A stretch of DNA of 64,000 nt from Eimeria praecox (taxonomy: Eukaryota). The notes under the pieces are model-generated. The model ran no database searches. It was given only the letters and a program-made list of their open reading frames with translations, and had not been told where the DNA came from. Positions 63,871 to 64,000 of the stretch are shown here, piece by piece (position 1 is the stretch's first letter; every line of letters begins with the position of its first letter). Location of the stretch: assembly GCA_963920595.1 (NCBI GenBank), contig OY986949.1, positions 2,046,001 to 2,110,000 of the forward strand, given 5' to 3'. The translations under genes and the position numbers were made by a program.

Positions 63871-64000
63871 GCAGCAGCAGCAGCAGGAGGAGCTGCTCCG
63901 CGCAATGCATGAGGAGCAGAGACACCAGCTGCAGCAGCAGCAGCTCGACGAGCTGCAGCTGCTGCAGCAGCAGCAGCAGCAGCACGAACATGAGACGCAG
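56903..64000 (+). CDS. Giant Gln/Glu/Ala-rich low-complexity protein, at least 2,366 aa, 3'-truncated by the window end
   Basis: The frame opens after TAG at 56765, with ATG at 56903 (MTDAHDIPLAGLSFYHSRSLF...). I read it without a stop to ...HEHETQ at 64000 (7,098 nt, frame-consistent). The unique inter-repeat segments read as plausible protein in this frame. Confidence 0.75.

Larger units (their letters stand above)
39636..64000. repeat. Repeat-rich (R) segment with dense CAG/CTG trinucleotide arrays in exons and introns
   Basis: Numerous (CAG)n and (CTG)n runs, read as poly-Q, poly-A or poly-S in exons. Only short runs occur before 38 kb. Confidence 0.97.

Noticed and set aside
39600..64000. 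Numerous poly-L, poly-C, poly-A and poly-S ORFs in the ORF track
   Set aside because: They are alternative-frame or antisense readings of CAG/CTG arrays, which lack stop codons. Their unique segments make sense only in the gene models given.

Overview
Intron-rich eukaryotic DNA with the hallmarks of a coccidian Eimeria genome (inferred, species not determined). A repeat-poor segment (1 to ~38,280) switches abruptly to a repeat-rich segment dominated by CAG microsatellites and telomere-like TTTAGGG heptamers (~38,280-64,000). The repeat-poor part holds: a hypothetical gene; a decayed Ty3/gypsy-type LTR retrotransposon locus with nested LTRs (~3.25-8.14 kb); a GBF1/GNOM-type Sec7 ARF-GEF; the flagellar protein CFAP74; and a highly divergent Argonaute with an RG-rich tail, Piwi-type signatures, apparent loss of the slicer catalytic residues and a ~200-aa PIWI-domain insertion. 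The repeat-rich part holds: TSR2; a TPR plus tandem PRMT7/9-like methyltransferase gene; and a 7.1-kb poly-Q ORF that runs off the window and is absent from the ORF track. The two most striking observations are (1) the apparently slicer-dead Piwi-like Argonaute in a retrotransposon-bearing apicomplexan and (2) four 51-nt frame-preserving AG/GT-bounded copies of a TPR helix, separated by spacers made almost entirely of telomeric repeat. All gene models and protein assignments were made by eye from motifs; no searches were run.
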